From positions 973,909 through 1,037,908 of the forward strand of contig NZ_JBHSXH010000015.1 of assembly GCF_042662625.1 (NCBI RefSeq): a DNA stretch of 64,000 nucleotides, in the 5' to 3' direction. Position numbers and translations under genes: made by a program. Positions 19,260 through 29,473 of this stretch are shown here, piece by piece. The DNA is from Halopelagius fulvigenes. Lineage in GTDB: Archaea; Halobacteriota; Halobacteria; Halobacteriales; Haloferacaceae. The notes below the pieces were generated by a model. That model saw nothing but the letters and a program-made list of their open reading frames with translations. It was not told the origin of the DNA and ran no database searches. Position 1 is the stretch's first letter. The number at the start of each line of letters is the position of its first letter.

Positions 19260-19385
19260 GCATCCCGATTCGTCGCCGTCCGCATATGCACCGGGGTGGT
19301 TTCGGGCGGACGCCGCCGCGCGGACGCGACATCGCACCCGACAGACAACGGAATTGATAAACGCCGCCGCGGGGTAGGAGGTTCC

Positions 19386-20462
19386 ATGCAGCGGGCCGCC
19401 CCGCAGGAGTTCACTCGCGTCCTGTCGTCCATGTGCACGGAACCGCATCCGGCGGCGCGGGACGCCGCGGAGCGGTTTCTCGCCTCGAACCCGGGCGACC
19501 CCGCGACGTACCGGACGGTCGCCCGACTCGAACACCGGGCGGTCGAGACGCTCGGCGAGATTACGGGCCTGTCGGACCCCAACGGCTACGTGACCAGCGG
19601 CGGCACGGAGGCGAACATCCAAGCCGTCCGGTCGGCGCGCAACCGTCGCCGCGTCGAGAACCCGAACGTCGTCGCCCCCGAGAGCGCGCACTTCTCGTTC
19701 ACCAAGGCCGCGGACGTCCTCGGCGTCGAACTCCGCCGCGTCCCGACGGACGAGGCCCACCGCGCGGACGTGGACGCCGCGCGGGCCGCCGCGGACGACG
19801 ACACCGTTCTCGTCGTCGCCGTCGCCGGGAGCACGGAGTTCGGACGCGTGGACCCCGTCCCCGAACTCGCCGCCGTCGCCCGCGAGGCGGGCGCGTTCCT
19901 CCACGTGGACGCCGCGTGGGGCGGGTTCTACCTCCCCTTCGCCGACCGCGAGTGGGGGTTCGCCGACGCGCCGGTGGACTCGATGACCATCGACCCCCAC
20001 AAGTGCGGGCAGGCCGCCGTCCCGGCGGGCGGACTCCTGTTCCGCGAACGCGCCGGACTCGACGCCTTGGCGGTCGATACGCCGTACCTCGAATCCACGT
20101 CGCAGGCGACGCTGACGGGCACGCGAAGCGGTGCGGGCGTCGCCGCCGCCGCCGCCGCGATGGACGCCCTCTGGCCGGACGGCTACCGCCGCGAGTACGA
20201 ACGGGCCGCGGAACTGGCGGCGTGGTTCGCGTCGGAACTCCGCGAACGCGGATTCGACGTGGCGGACGTCGAACTCCCCATCGTCGCCGCCTCCGTTCCG
20301 GAATCGCTCTTCGAGCGTCTCCGCGAGGCGGAGTGGCGAATCTCGCGCACCGAGTCGGGGGAACTCCGCGTGGTCTGCATGCCGCACGTCACCCGCGAGA
20401 TGCTCGCCGCCTTCCTCGCGGACCTCGACGACTTCGACGAACGCCGCTCGTCGGCCCCCTGA
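19386..20462 (+). CDS. mfnA: PLP-dependent L-tyrosine/L-aspartate decarboxylase
   Basis: Archaeal group II decarboxylase pattern ([17 protein letters not shown]..., ...[19 protein letters not shown]). Start at MQRAAPQEF; the upstream part of the ORF is Arg-rich. Confidence 0.75.
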   Translation: MQRAAPQEFTRVLSSMCTEPHPAARDAAERFLASNPGDPATYRTVARLEHRAVETLGEITGLSDPNGYVTSGGTEANIQAVRSARNRRRVENPNVVAPESAHFSFTKAADVLGVELRRVPTDEAHRADVDAARAAADDDTVLVVAVAGSTEFGRVDPVPELAAVAREAGAFLHVDAAWGGFYLPFADREWGFADAPVDSMTIDPHKCGQAAVPAGGLLFRERAGLDALAVDTPYLESTSQATLTGTRSGAGVAAAAAAMDALWPDGYRREYERAAELAAWFASELRERGFDVADVELPIVAASVPESLFERLREAEWRISRTESGELRVVCMPHVTREMLAAFLADLDDFDERRSSAP

Positions 20463-20550
20463 TCGGAGTCCGTTCCGGGTCGGTCGGCCGACGGGACGGC
20501 CCGTCACCGGAGTCGGAATCTCAAGACTTACAACCTCTCGTTTGGGAGGA

Positions 20551-21171
20551 ATGAGCAAAGTGTCTCTCGCCGCCGCTATCGAGGTGTTCGCTCAGGGCGC
20601 GGTCCCCGTCGGACACGCAGTGGACCCGGCGGCGGTCGGCGCGAGCCTCTTCCCGGAGTTCGGCTTCTCCGACACGGTCCGGCGCGCGACCGGACTGTTC
20701 GGCCTCTTCGTCATCTTCGTCTACTCGTTTCTCATCGCCTTCGCCCTCCCCGGCGTGAGCGAAGTCGTCCTCCTCGCGCCGATAGACCTCGGACTCACCT
20801 ACTGGCAGCGGATGACCGTCATCATCGTCGTCAGCGGAGTCGGCAAGGCCGCGGGGAGCGTCTTTGCGTTCCACATCGGGCAGGAGGCCAAGGAGGCCGG
20901 CCCGATCATCCGCGCGCTCCGTCGTTCGCGGTTCGACGTGGTGGAGTGGTCCGAGCGAAAGACGGTCAAACTCGCGCAGACGTGGGGGTACGCCGGCCTC
21001 GCGGCGGCCCTCTGCGTGCCGGGGTTCCCCGACACGCTCTCCATCTACGCGTTCTCGGTCCTCGAAGAGGACTACCTGAAGTTCGCGGCGGCGACGTTCG
21101 TCGGGAGCGTCGGCCGTCTCGTCATCACCCTCGTCGGCGTCGAAGCCGTCGTCGCGTTCGGATTGCTGTAG
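20551..21171 (+). CDS. DedA/TVP38-like membrane protein
   Basis: 206 aa, 4 TM helices, G-x-P-G-FP-like loop (ALCVPGFPDTLSIYAFSV). Start at MSKVSLAAA. Confidence 0.5.
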   Translation: MSKVSLAAAIEVFAQGAVPVGHAVDPAAVGASLFPEFGFSDTVRRATGLFGLFVIFVYSFLIAFALPGVSEVVLLAPIDLGLTYWQRMTVIIVVSGVGKAAGSVFAFHIGQEAKEAGPIIRALRRSRFDVVEWSERKTVKLAQTWGYAGLAAALCVPGFPDTLSIYAFSVLEEDYLKFAAATFVGSVGRLVITLVGVEAVVAFGLL

Positions 21172-21336
21172 CGCGGAACCGAGGTGCGCGCCGCGACGAC
21201 TCCCGAAGCTGTCCCTCCCCCGAGGAGTCCCAACTCTCCGAGTAAGTGCCGTCTCGCGACCGGTCCGCGCCGAACACGTTCAAAATGTCGGCGGGAATAA
21301 CTATGTGGTAACCAACCGACAGTGCCATGCACTACC

Positions 21337-21597
21337 ATGGAACGAAGCAGTCGAGCGTTCATCCGAATCGCCATCGCAACCGGTGCCGTCGCGGGAGCGA
21401 GCGGAACCGCTCTCACGGGGTGTAAGACCCACGACTGCAACAAGTTCGGCAACCGCGAGGAACAACCGGGGAACGAGAACGGGCAGGCCGTGGGCCACGA
21501 CAAGGACGAGGGTGATCCCGGCGGCGACGCCCACGACCAGGACGAGGAGAACCCCGAGAAACCGGGACAGCGAGTTGGACACTGCAAGTACGATTGA
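21337..21597 (+). CDS. small secreted/lipobox protein (hypothetical)
   Basis: MERSSRAFIRIAIATGAVAGASGTALTGC... (twin-Arg-like signal followed by a lipobox-like TGC), then a His/Asp/Glu-rich tail. The antisense ORF 21301-21819 is the alternative and I judge it less likely. Confidence 0.35.
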   Translation: MERSSRAFIRIAIATGAVAGASGTALTGCKTHDCNKFGNREEQPGNENGQAVGHDKDEGDPGGDAHDQDEENPEKPGQRVGHCKYD

Positions 21598-21769
21598 GCC
21601 CCGGCCCGACGAATTTTTTCCATCCGTCGCCCCGGCGGTGACGGACGCGTCTCCCTCGCGAGAGGGTCCGAATCGAGAGTGTAACGTTTCGGAGAGGATC
21701 TTCGTTCCGGTTCGGACGAAGCGCCGAACGGCGAGCGGATTTATCCTGCCTCGATTCGTGTCACCACAC

Positions 21770-22054
21770 ATGGACGTAGAGACCGGTATGCGACAGATCG
21801 ACGAAGCGGTCCGGAACACCGTCGGCGCACAGAACTACGACGAGGGGACGGAAGCGGAGTACCGGCAGGTGCTGAAGGAAGTCGAGAGCATCGCCGGCGG
21901 CGGTGCCGTCGAAGACGTCGTCGGGTGGATCTCGGGCGAGGTTCGCGGCGAGGAGTCGCTCCCCTCGAAGAACGCCGTCGAGGAACGCGCGGCGCAGATA
22001 TGCCGCGACTACGACGAGGAGATTCCGTCGTCCTCGCGGTTGGCGAACGCCTGA
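21770..22054 (+). CDS. small acidic cytosolic protein (hypothetical)
   Basis: 94 aa, strongly acidic (MDVETGMRQIDEAVRNTVGAQNYDEGTEAEYRQVLKEVES...). Confidence 0.4.
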   Translation: MDVETGMRQIDEAVRNTVGAQNYDEGTEAEYRQVLKEVESIAGGGAVEDVVGWISGEVRGEESLPSKNAVEERAAQICRDYDEEIPSSSRLANA

Positions 22055-22308
22055 ATCGGCGCGGCGCGTTCGACGGACCCGAGTTACTTTTCTTCGGCGC
22101 GCGACTATCGACACCCGTGACGCTCGTCCGCACCGGCCCGATGCGTATGCGCACTTCCTTCTAGCGCCGGGTGGACCCGAGGCGCGGTCGGCGGTCGGTA
22201 ACGCGGCCGGCGGCCGGGCCCGGCGAACCTCGGGCGCGCGGTTTTCCGCCGAGAGACGCTTCCGAAACCAGCGGGATTTTGGTCCCGCCCCCGAACCACA
22301 CACGATAC

Positions 22309-24381
22309 ATGAGCCACGAGGACTTTCCCACGGACACGCCAGCGGTGGTGACGTGCGGGTTGCCGTACGCGAACGGCGACCTGCACATCGGACACTTACG
22401 AACGTACGTCGGCGGCGACATCTTCAGCCGCGCCCTCCGGAAACTCGGTCAGGAGACGGCCTTCGTCAGCGGGTCGGACATGCACGGCACGCCCGTCGCC
22501 GTCAACGCCGAGAAGGAGGGCGTCACGCCCGAGGAGTTCGCCCTCCGCCACCACGAGAAGTACGAGGAGACGTTCCCCGAGTTCGGCGTCGAGTTCGACA
22601 ACTACGGCCACACCCACGACGAGACGAACACCGAACTGACGACGGACATCGTCCGAACGCTCGAAGACGAGGGGTACGTCTACGAGAAGGAGATCCAGGT
22701 CGCCTACGACCCCGAGGCCGACCAGTGGCTTCCGGACCGGTTCGTCGAGGGCACCTGCCCGTACTGCGGCGAACACGCCCGCGGCGACGAGTGCGACGAG
22801 GGGTGCGGCCGGCACCTCGAACCCGGCGAGATAGAAGATCCCACCTCGGCGCTGACGGGCAACCCCGCCGAGTACCGCGAACGCACGCACAAGTTCTTCG
22901 AGGTGTCCGAACTGCAGGAGTACCTGCAGGAGTTCATCGACAGACTCGAAGGGACGCCGAACGCGCAGAACCAGCCCCGAGAGTGGATAGAGGGCGAACT
23001 GCAGGACTGGTGTATCACCCGCGACATGGACTGGGGCATCGACTACCCCGGCGACAACCCGCAGGACCTCGTCCTGTACGTATGGGTGGACGCGCCCATC
23101 GAGTACATCTCCTCGACGAAGCAGTACACGGACCGCGTCGGACGCGACGAGTTCGACTGGGAGGCGGCGTGGCGCGAGGAGGGGGAGATAACCCACATCA
23201 TCGGCCGCGACATCATCCAGCACCACACCGTCTTCTGGCCGGCGATGCTCCGCGCCGCCGGGTTCGTCGAACCCCGCGCCGTCATGGCGTCGGGGTTCAT
23301 CACGCTCAACGGCAAGGGGTTCTCCACGTCGCGGAACCGCGCCGTCTGGGCCGACGAGTACCTCGACGAGGGCTTCCACCCCGATCTGTTGCGCTACTAC
23401 CTCGCCACGAACGGCGGGTTCCAACAGGACGTGGACTTCTCGTGGGACCGCTTCCGCGAACGCGTGAACAACGAACTCGTCGGCACCGTCGGCAACTTCG
23501 CGTACCGGTCGATGCTGTTCGCCTACCGCGAGTTCGAGGGTGCGCCGGACGCTCCCCTCTCCGACGAGGTGCGCGACCGAATCGAACGGGCGATAGAGGA
23601 GTTCGAGGCGGGCGTCAACGACTACTCCGTCCGCGAGGCGGGCAACGCCGCCGTCAGAGTCGCGCAGTTCGGCAACGAGTACATCCAGCGGAACGAACCG
23701 TGGAAGCTCGACGACGACGACCCGCAGAAGGCGCAGGTCATCCGCGACTGCGTGCAGGTGGCGAAGGCCGTCGCCGTCCTCTTCGAACCCGTCGCGCCGG
23801 ACAAGGCGGAGGCCCTGTGGGCCGACCTGAACGAGGGGAGCGACGTTCACGGCGTCGGAACCGACGCCGCACTCGAAGCGCCCGCCGAGTCGTTCGGCGA
23901 ACCCTCGGAGCTGTTCGAGAAGATTCCCGAGGAACGCGTCGAAGAACTCAACGAGAAGCTCCGGTCCCGCGTCGAGGAGAGCGAGGACGAGGCGGAAACC
24001 GAAACTGACGACGACGACGAGAGTGATTCGACTGTGAGCGACGAATTCGAACCCGTACTGGACGACCGCATCGACTTCGAGGGGTTCCAAGAGCTCGACC
24101 TCCGCGTCGGCGAGATTCTCGACGCCGAGGGCATCGAGGGCGCGGACAAGCTCGCCAAGTTGACCGTCGACATCGGCGTTGAGGAGCGTCAGATCGTCGC
24201 CGGCATCAAGCAGCTCCACGATTTAGAGGAACTGCCCGGCACGAAGGTAGTCGTCGTGGCGAACTTAGAGAAGGCGGAGCTGTTCGGCGTCGAGTCCAAC
24301 GGGATGGTCCTCGCCGCGGGCGAACAGGCCGACCTGTTGACCACCCACGGCGACGCCGTCCCCGGAACGAAGGTCAGATAG
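22309..24381 (+). CDS. metG: methionyl-tRNA synthetase with C-terminal tRNA-binding (EMAP/Trbp111-like) domain
   Basis: HIGH-type motif (YANGDLHIGHLRTY); zinc knuckle (CPYCG...CDEGCG); KMSKS-equivalent (KFSTSRN); C-terminal OB fold (...DLRVGEILDAE...KVVVVANLEKAELFGVESNGMVL). Confidence 0.9.
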   Translation: MSHEDFPTDTPAVVTCGLPYANGDLHIGHLRTYVGGDIFSRALRKLGQETAFVSGSDMHGTPVAVNAEKEGVTPEEFALRHHEKYEETFPEFGVEFDNYGHTHDETNTELTTDIVRTLEDEGYVYEKEIQVAYDPEADQWLPDRFVEGTCPYCGEHARGDECDEGCGRHLEPGEIEDPTSALTGNPAEYRERTHKFFEVSELQEYLQEFIDRLEGTPNAQNQPREWIEGELQDWCITRDMDWGIDYPGDNPQDLVLYVWVDAPIEYISSTKQYTDRVGRDEFDWEAAWREEGEITHIIGRDIIQHHTVFWPAMLRAAGFVEPRAVMASGFITLNGKGFSTSRNRAVWADEYLDEGFHPDLLRYYLATNGGFQQDVDFSWDRFRERVNNELVGTVGNFAYRSMLFAYREFEGAPDAPLSDEVRDRIERAIEEFEAGVNDYSVREAGNAAVRVAQFGNEYIQRNEPWKLDDDDPQKAQVIRDCVQVAKAVAVLFEPVAPDKAEALWADLNEGSDVHGVGTDAALEAPAESFGEPSELFEKIPEERVEELNEKLRSRVEESEDEAETETDDDDESDSTVSDEFEPVLDDRIDFEGFQELDLRVGEILDAEGIEGADKLAKLTVDIGVEERQIVAGIKQLHDLEELPGTKVVVVANLEKAELFGVESNGMVLAAGEQADLLTTHGDAVPGTKVR

Positions 24382-24421
24382 CCGGAATAACGAGTCCGTC
24401 CCGCGGCGCGTCGCGCCGCGT

Positions 24422-24652
24422 CTACTCCTCCATCGACACCTGCACCTCGTCGTCGGTGACCGCGACTATCTGCTCGGCCGTCAACGCGAGTTCGCCCGAC
24501 CCCTCCGAAACCGCCTCCTCCCGGTCGGCGACCGAGGGGGCGTCCGTCTTCATTATCGCCTCGTTCCCCTCGATGCCGGTGATTCGGCCGATGGGTTCGT
24601 CGTTCGGGCCGATCACGGTCTTTCCGACGAGTCGTTCGGTCACTTCCTGCAT
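24422..24652 (-). CDS. PRC-barrel domain protein
   Basis: 76 aa (LVGKTVIGPNDEPIGRITGIEGNEAIMKTD), typical haloarchaeal PRC-barrel. Confidence 0.5.
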   Translation of the reverse strand: MQEVTERLVGKTVIGPNDEPIGRITGIEGNEAIMKTDAPSVADREEAVSEGSGELALTAEQIVAVTDDEVQVSMEE

Positions 24653-24780
24653 AGTCGGTTCAAGGGGCGAGAGAACCGAAAGGCTGGTGGCGCACCTATC
24701 TCCCGGGGAGTCAGTTCAACCAGCTCACACGTCTCGTGAGGACACGAAACGGTTTTGCCACCCTAGGCGAGAGACCGGCC

Positions 24781-25116
24781 ATGTTCTTCGGTCTCACGAG
24801 CGAGGATGTCAAACTGGAACGGGGGCCGCCCGTTCGCCTCTCGGAGCGATTGGCGGTCGCTCACTTCTACTTCGTCGCGGACAGTAGCCGGGGCGTGCGG
24901 GAGGGAATCGAACACGTCGCGGTGCACGACCAAGGCGACGACACCTACGACGTGCGCTTCACCGGCCACACCGACGGCGCGTACGTCGTAGAGCGCGCGG
25001 TTCTGGAGGATATCTGCGCCTCACTCGCGGAGGGCGACCGGTATGGCGAGTGGAAGGCCCGGTTCAGGGGGGAGCGCCCCGACTGGGTGCCGAACAGTAT
25101 CACGGAAGGCGAGTAG
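24781..25116 (+). CDS. hypothetical acidic protein
   Basis: 111 aa from MFFGLTSEDVKL; no recognisable family. Confidence 0.4.
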   Translation: MFFGLTSEDVKLERGPPVRLSERLAVAHFYFVADSSRGVREGIEHVAVHDQGDDTYDVRFTGHTDGAYVVERAVLEDICASLAEGDRYGEWKARFRGERPDWVPNSITEGE

Positions 25117-25212
25117 GCCGCGGCGGACGGCGAACCGCCGTTCGTCCGGATGCGGGGCGGCACGGTTCGTGTGTGCGTGGTTTTTCGGCACGGACGGACG
25201 TCATCGTCGGGC

Positions 25213-25233
25213 TTTTTTATCCGATCGGGAGTA
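25213..25233 (+). promoter_or_regulatory. pyk promoter: TATA box TTTTTTAT (25213-25220) ~23 nt before the ATG (leaderless-type), overlapped by a TrmB-like motif TATC-N7-GAGTA (25218-25233)
   Basis: The reverse complement reads TACTCCCGATCGGATA: one perfect TACTC half-site and one degenerate half. Placement over TATA/downstream is consistent with repression. Confidence 0.45.
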
Positions 25234-25242
25234 ACTTGACGC

Positions 25243-27000
25243 ATGAGAAACGCGAAAATCGTCTGTACGCTGGGACCAGCGTCAGACGACCGAGCGACGA
25301 TTCGGTCACTCGCCGACGCCGGGATGAGCGTCGGGCGCTTGAACGCCAGTCACGGGACGCCCGAACACCGCGCGGAGGTCATAGACCGCATCCGCGCGGT
25401 GGACGAGACGACGGAAGCGCCGTTGGCGGCGATGGTGGACCTACAGGGGCCGGAGGTTCGGACCGCCCCCCTCGACGAACCCATCCACCTCGAAACGGGA
25501 TCGGAGGTACGGTTCGTCGAAGGCGACGACGCGACGCCCGAGGAAGTCGGGCTGTCGTACTCCATCGCCGCCGCGGAGGCGGGCGACACGATTCTCCTCG
25601 ACGACGGCCGCATCGAGGCGACGGTCGAACGGGTCGAAGACGCCGCCGTTATCGCCCGCATCGACTCCGGCGGCCAACTCAGCGGACGCAAGGGCGTGAA
25701 CGTCCCCGGCGTGAGCCTCGACATCGACCTCATCACCGAGAGCGACCGCCGCGAGTTGGAAGTCGCCGCCGAGAAGGAGGCCGACTTCGTCGCCGCGTCG
25801 TTCGTCCGCACCGCCAACGACGTCTACACCATCAGCGACGAACTGGAGAACCTCGGCGCGGACATCCCCGTCGTCGCCAAGATAGAGCGCGCGGGGGCCG
25901 TCGAGAACTTAGACGAGATTATCGATGCGTCGTACGGCGTGATGGTCGCGCGCGGCGACTTGGGCGTCGAGATGCCGCTGGAGGACGTGCCCATCATCCA
26001 AAAGCGCATTATCCGCAAGTGCCACGCGACGGGGACGCCCGTCATCACGGCGACGGAGATGCTCGACTCGATGGTCCACGCGCGGCGGCCCACCCGCGCG
26101 GAGGCGTCCGACGTGGCCAACGCCGTCCTCGACGGGACGGACGCGGTGATGCTCTCGGGCGAGACGGCCATCGGCGACAACCCCGTCCGCGTCGTCGAGA
26201 CGATGGACAGCATCGTGCGACAGGTGGAGGCGAGCCCCGAGTACGACGAGACGACGGAGGGGCACATCCCGACCGCCGAGGACAACTCGCGGACGGAAGC
26301 GCTCGCTCGGTCCGCGCGCTACCTCGCCCGCGACATCGAGGCCAGCGCGATAGTCGCCGCCTCCGAGTCGGGGTACACCGCGCGGAAGACGGCGAAGTTC
26401 CGCCCCGCCGTTCCCGTCGTTGCCACGACGCCGAACGACCGCGTGCGCCGCCAACTCGCGCTCTCGTGGGGGATCATCCCGACGTACTCCGCGTACCGCG
26501 ACGGCATCGACGAGATGATGGACGACGCCGTCGAAGCCGCACTCGACACGGACGTCGCCTCCTCGGGCGACACCATCGTCGTCCTCTCGGGGATGATGAC
26601 CGAACTGGAGGGGACGAACACGACGAACATGCTGAAGGTCCACGTCGCCGCGGAGGCCATCGCCACCGGGCGCAACGTCGTCGGCGGGCGCGTCGCCGGC
26701 CCCCTCGCGTTCGCCCCCGGCGGCGACCTGACGGACCTGCCGGAGGGCGCGATTCTCGCCCTGCCCGCGGACTTCGACGGCGAGTTCGAGGGCGACGCGA
26801 AGAAACTCGCCGGAATCGTGGACGCCCGGCCAGGCATGACGGGCTACCCCGCACTCGTCGCCCGCGAGATCGACATCCCGATGATATCGGGCGCGCCCAT
26901 CCCCGAGAGCGTCACCCCGGGCACCGAAGTGACGCTTCACGCGGAACGCGGCGTCGTCTACGAGGGGAACGTCATCGAACACGGGAAGGGGCGGCGCTGA
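25243..27000 (+). CDS. pyk: pyruvate kinase with extra C-terminal PEP-utilising (swivel phospho-His-like) domain
   Basis: 585 aa; PK barrel motifs (KIVCTLGPAS, MVARGDLGVEMP); C-terminal ~100 aa resemble the PEP-utiliser mobile domain (GYPALVAREIDIPMISG). Confidence 0.85.
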   Translation: MRNAKIVCTLGPASDDRATIRSLADAGMSVGRLNASHGTPEHRAEVIDRIRAVDETTEAPLAAMVDLQGPEVRTAPLDEPIHLETGSEVRFVEGDDATPEEVGLSYSIAAAEAGDTILLDDGRIEATVERVEDAAVIARIDSGGQLSGRKGVNVPGVSLDIDLITESDRRELEVAAEKEADFVAASFVRTANDVYTISDELENLGADIPVVAKIERAGAVENLDEIIDASYGVMVARGDLGVEMPLEDVPIIQKRIIRKCHATGTPVITATEMLDSMVHARRPTRAEASDVANAVLDGTDAVMLSGETAIGDNPVRVVETMDSIVRQVEASPEYDETTEGHIPTAEDNSRTEALARSARYLARDIEASAIVAASESGYTARKTAKFRPAVPVVATTPNDRVRRQLALSWGIIPTYSAYRDGIDEMMDDAVEAALDTDVASSGDTIVVLSGMMTELEGTNTTNMLKVHVAAEAIATGRNVVGGRVAGPLAFAPGGDLTDLPEGAILALPADFDGEFEGDAKKLAGIVDARPGMTGYPALVAREIDIPMISGAPIPESVTPGTEVTLHAERGVVYEGNVIEHGKGRR

Positions 27001-27078
27001 CGGACGCCGACCCGCGCGCGGATCGACCGCCCCTCCGTGTCGGTAGGCATTTCCCGACCCGTCTCCTACCGTCCGACG

Positions 27079-27354
27079 ATGGACCGACCCGACGACACTG
27101 AATCCGCCCGCGAGGGGCGGACTCCCTCGAACCGGGCGCAGTCCGACGAGGACGAGGCCGCGCGGACGGCCGAGGAGGGGGCGACGCCCACCGAGGGGAC
27201 CGCCGGCCTGTTCTGGTCCGAGGACGACGACGCGGAGACGCCCGAACTCGAACCGCTCGAACCCGGGCGGCCGTCGCCCGAGAACGTCCTGTTCGTCGTC
27301 CTCGGCGCACTCGGCACCGTCGCCCTCGTCCTGACCGCCGTCTCGCCGCTCTGA
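27079..27354 (+). CDS. small acidic protein with C-terminal TM helix (hypothetical)
   Basis: MDRPDDTESAREG...FVVLGALGTVALVLTAVSPL; start could be 27037. Confidence 0.35.
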   Translation: MDRPDDTESAREGRTPSNRAQSDEDEAARTAEEGATPTEGTAGLFWSEDDDAETPELEPLEPGRPSPENVLFVVLGALGTVALVLTAVSPL

Positions 27355-27496
27355 GGCGCGGACGGCCGACACGGGACCCGAGGGCGTCGAAGCGGCCGAA
27401 TCCGGGCCGTTGGATTATCAATTCTGAGTACCCGACCGTAGTCTTTTATGGGTGATGCCGGGTAGAGGTGCGTAACGTCCCGCGCCGGGCATTCCG

Positions 27497-29376
27497 ATGA
27501 GACGCACACACATACTCGCGACGGTGGTGGCGACGATACTCGTCGTCGCCGCGGTTCCCGTCCCAGCAGACGCCCTCACGACAGCCCCCGGTTCGAACGA
27601 CGCCGTCGCGTTCGACGTTGACGAGACGCAGAGCGTCTCGTCCGCCAACCAGAACGCTTTGCGTTCTGGTGACGTCGCAGAACACGGTTCTGCGGGCAGT
27701 GAGACGCAGTCTCGAAACGTTGCCGACGCCTCCGGTTCGTTTCCGGGTGGCAACGTGACGGTCACTCGCGGCGATAGAGTGACGTTCACCGTCAGTCACT
27801 CCGGCCCCGCGAACGTGACCATCGGCGGCCCGGACTACGGCTATCACCTCCGAATTCACCTCGGCGGGTCCGGTACCGACGAGGTTTCCATCGACACGTA
27901 CGCGACGACGAGCGCCGACCCCGACACGTACGTCACGGGCGGCGACGCCACGTTGGTCGGACCGAGCGGAGGCCTCGACGAACCGCTCGAACCCGGCGAT
28001 TACCTCGTGCGCGTCGACGTGGCCGGCGTCGAACGTGACATCGCGACACTGACGGTCGAACCGCGCGGAGGGATGAGCGCTCAGACGTTCGTCGCCCCCG
28101 GCGAGTTCGACCCGAACTCCGTGAACGCGGGCAACGACGGGAACGCCAACGTCGGCCCCCTCACCGGCGTGGCGTCCGCGAGGGGAACCGTCGCCAAGGG
28201 CGACTACGCGGTGGTGAAAATCGAAGAGAGCGGATTGGAGACGGCGCTCAACGCCAGCGACCTGAGCGGCGGTGAGGCGGCCAACGGCGTGAAACTGACC
28301 TTCACGCAGACGGCCCCCGGCCCGAACCGCGACCCCACCACCTACCTCGCGCACGGAACGACCGACGGAGCGAAAGAAGCGAACGTGACCGTCTACCCGG
28401 CCTTCGGGAGCGACCACGTGTACGTCGTCTGGGACACCTCGAACGTCTCCCTCTCGCGGCAGTCCGAGCGGAACCGATACGAGGCCCGTCTGACCCTGAC
28501 CGAGGGGAACTCGCTGGTGGACGAGGAGACGGTGGTGGCAGCGACGCCCGTCCGGTTGGTCCGTCAGACGGTGAGTCTCTCCCCCGAGACGGACCACGTC
28601 CACCTCCCGTGGGAGAACGACACGTACGTCGTCTCCGGGCGGACGAACCGCGCGCCGAACACGACGCTCGAAGTTCGGATCCGGTCGCCCGACCCGAACG
28701 CCTTCCTCCAGATTCGCCCGATGACGGTGGACGGAGACGGGCGGTTCAGGGCGTCGTTCGACCTCGGTGACGTCTCCCGCGGCGCGAACGCGACGATGTG
28801 GGTGCGCGACCACTACTTGGAGACGATGCAGGAGGTGGCGATAGTCGCCCCCGACCCGAGCGTCACCATCGACGACCAGGACCCCGGCGACGACCCCGAA
28901 CTGACCGTCGCGCGCGCCGAAGTCCCCGAGGGCGGGTTCGTCAGACTCGTAGACGAGGGGGGAACCGCCGTGGGGCGGTCGAACTACCTCGAACCGGGCC
29001 GCCACGAGAACGTCTCGGCGTCGCTTTCGATGCCCCTGTACGACTCTCAGACGATACGCGCCGAACTCGTCGCCGACCGGACGGCGACGAGGCGTACGAC
29101 GCCGGGAACGACACTGCGTACCTCCGAAACGGCTCCGCGGTGAACGACACCGCGTACGTCGAGTTCCCCGCGGCGCCGACGGAGACCGCGACGCCGACGC
29201 CGGAACCGACGGCGACGCCGACGCCGGAACCGACGACGACGCGGTACCCGATTCTGACGGAGACGCCGTTGGACCCCTCGGAGGCGTCGAAGTCGAGCAT
29301 CCCGCTTCCGATACCCGTGACCCTCACCGCGCTTCTCGCGGCGGCACTCCTCCTCGCCCGACGGAGGGAGAACTGA
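27497..29376 (+). CDS. secreted N-glycosylated cell-surface protein with Thr/Pro linker and PGF-CTERM-like anchor; interrupted by a -1 frameshift at ~29076-29080 (possible pseudogene or sequencing error)
   Basis: Sec signal MRRTHILATVVATILVVAAVPVPADA; at least 12 N-x-S/T sequons. Frame A ends ...IRAELVADRTATRRT* at 29143 and protein-like sequence continues in the -1 frame (PDGDEAYDAGNDTAYLRNGSAVNDTAYVEF...TETATPTPEPTATPTPEPTTT...PIPVTLTALLAAALLLARRREN). Both frames turn Arg/Thr-rich junk exactly at the junction. Confidence 0.6.
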
Positions 29377-29473
29377 TGACCGTGTTTCAGCCCGCACCTA
29401 CCACCCCGACGCGTCGAACCGACCCCGCCGAGACGACACCGCACGCCCCGCCGCGGAGCGGAGGTGACGGGCG

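Noticed and set aside
21301-21819. Minus-strand 172 aa ORF antisense to two small plus-strand ORFs
   Set aside because: Its product is less protein-like (Arg/Ser-rich stretches). The plus-strand small ORFs have a Tat/lipobox-like signal and acidic composition respectively. Neither assignment is strong.
29185-29235. 24-nt tandem direct repeat GCGACGCCGACGCCGGAACCGACG x2
   Set aside because: Encodes the TPTPEPTA Thr/Pro O-glycosylation linker of the surface glycoprotein; a coding repeat.
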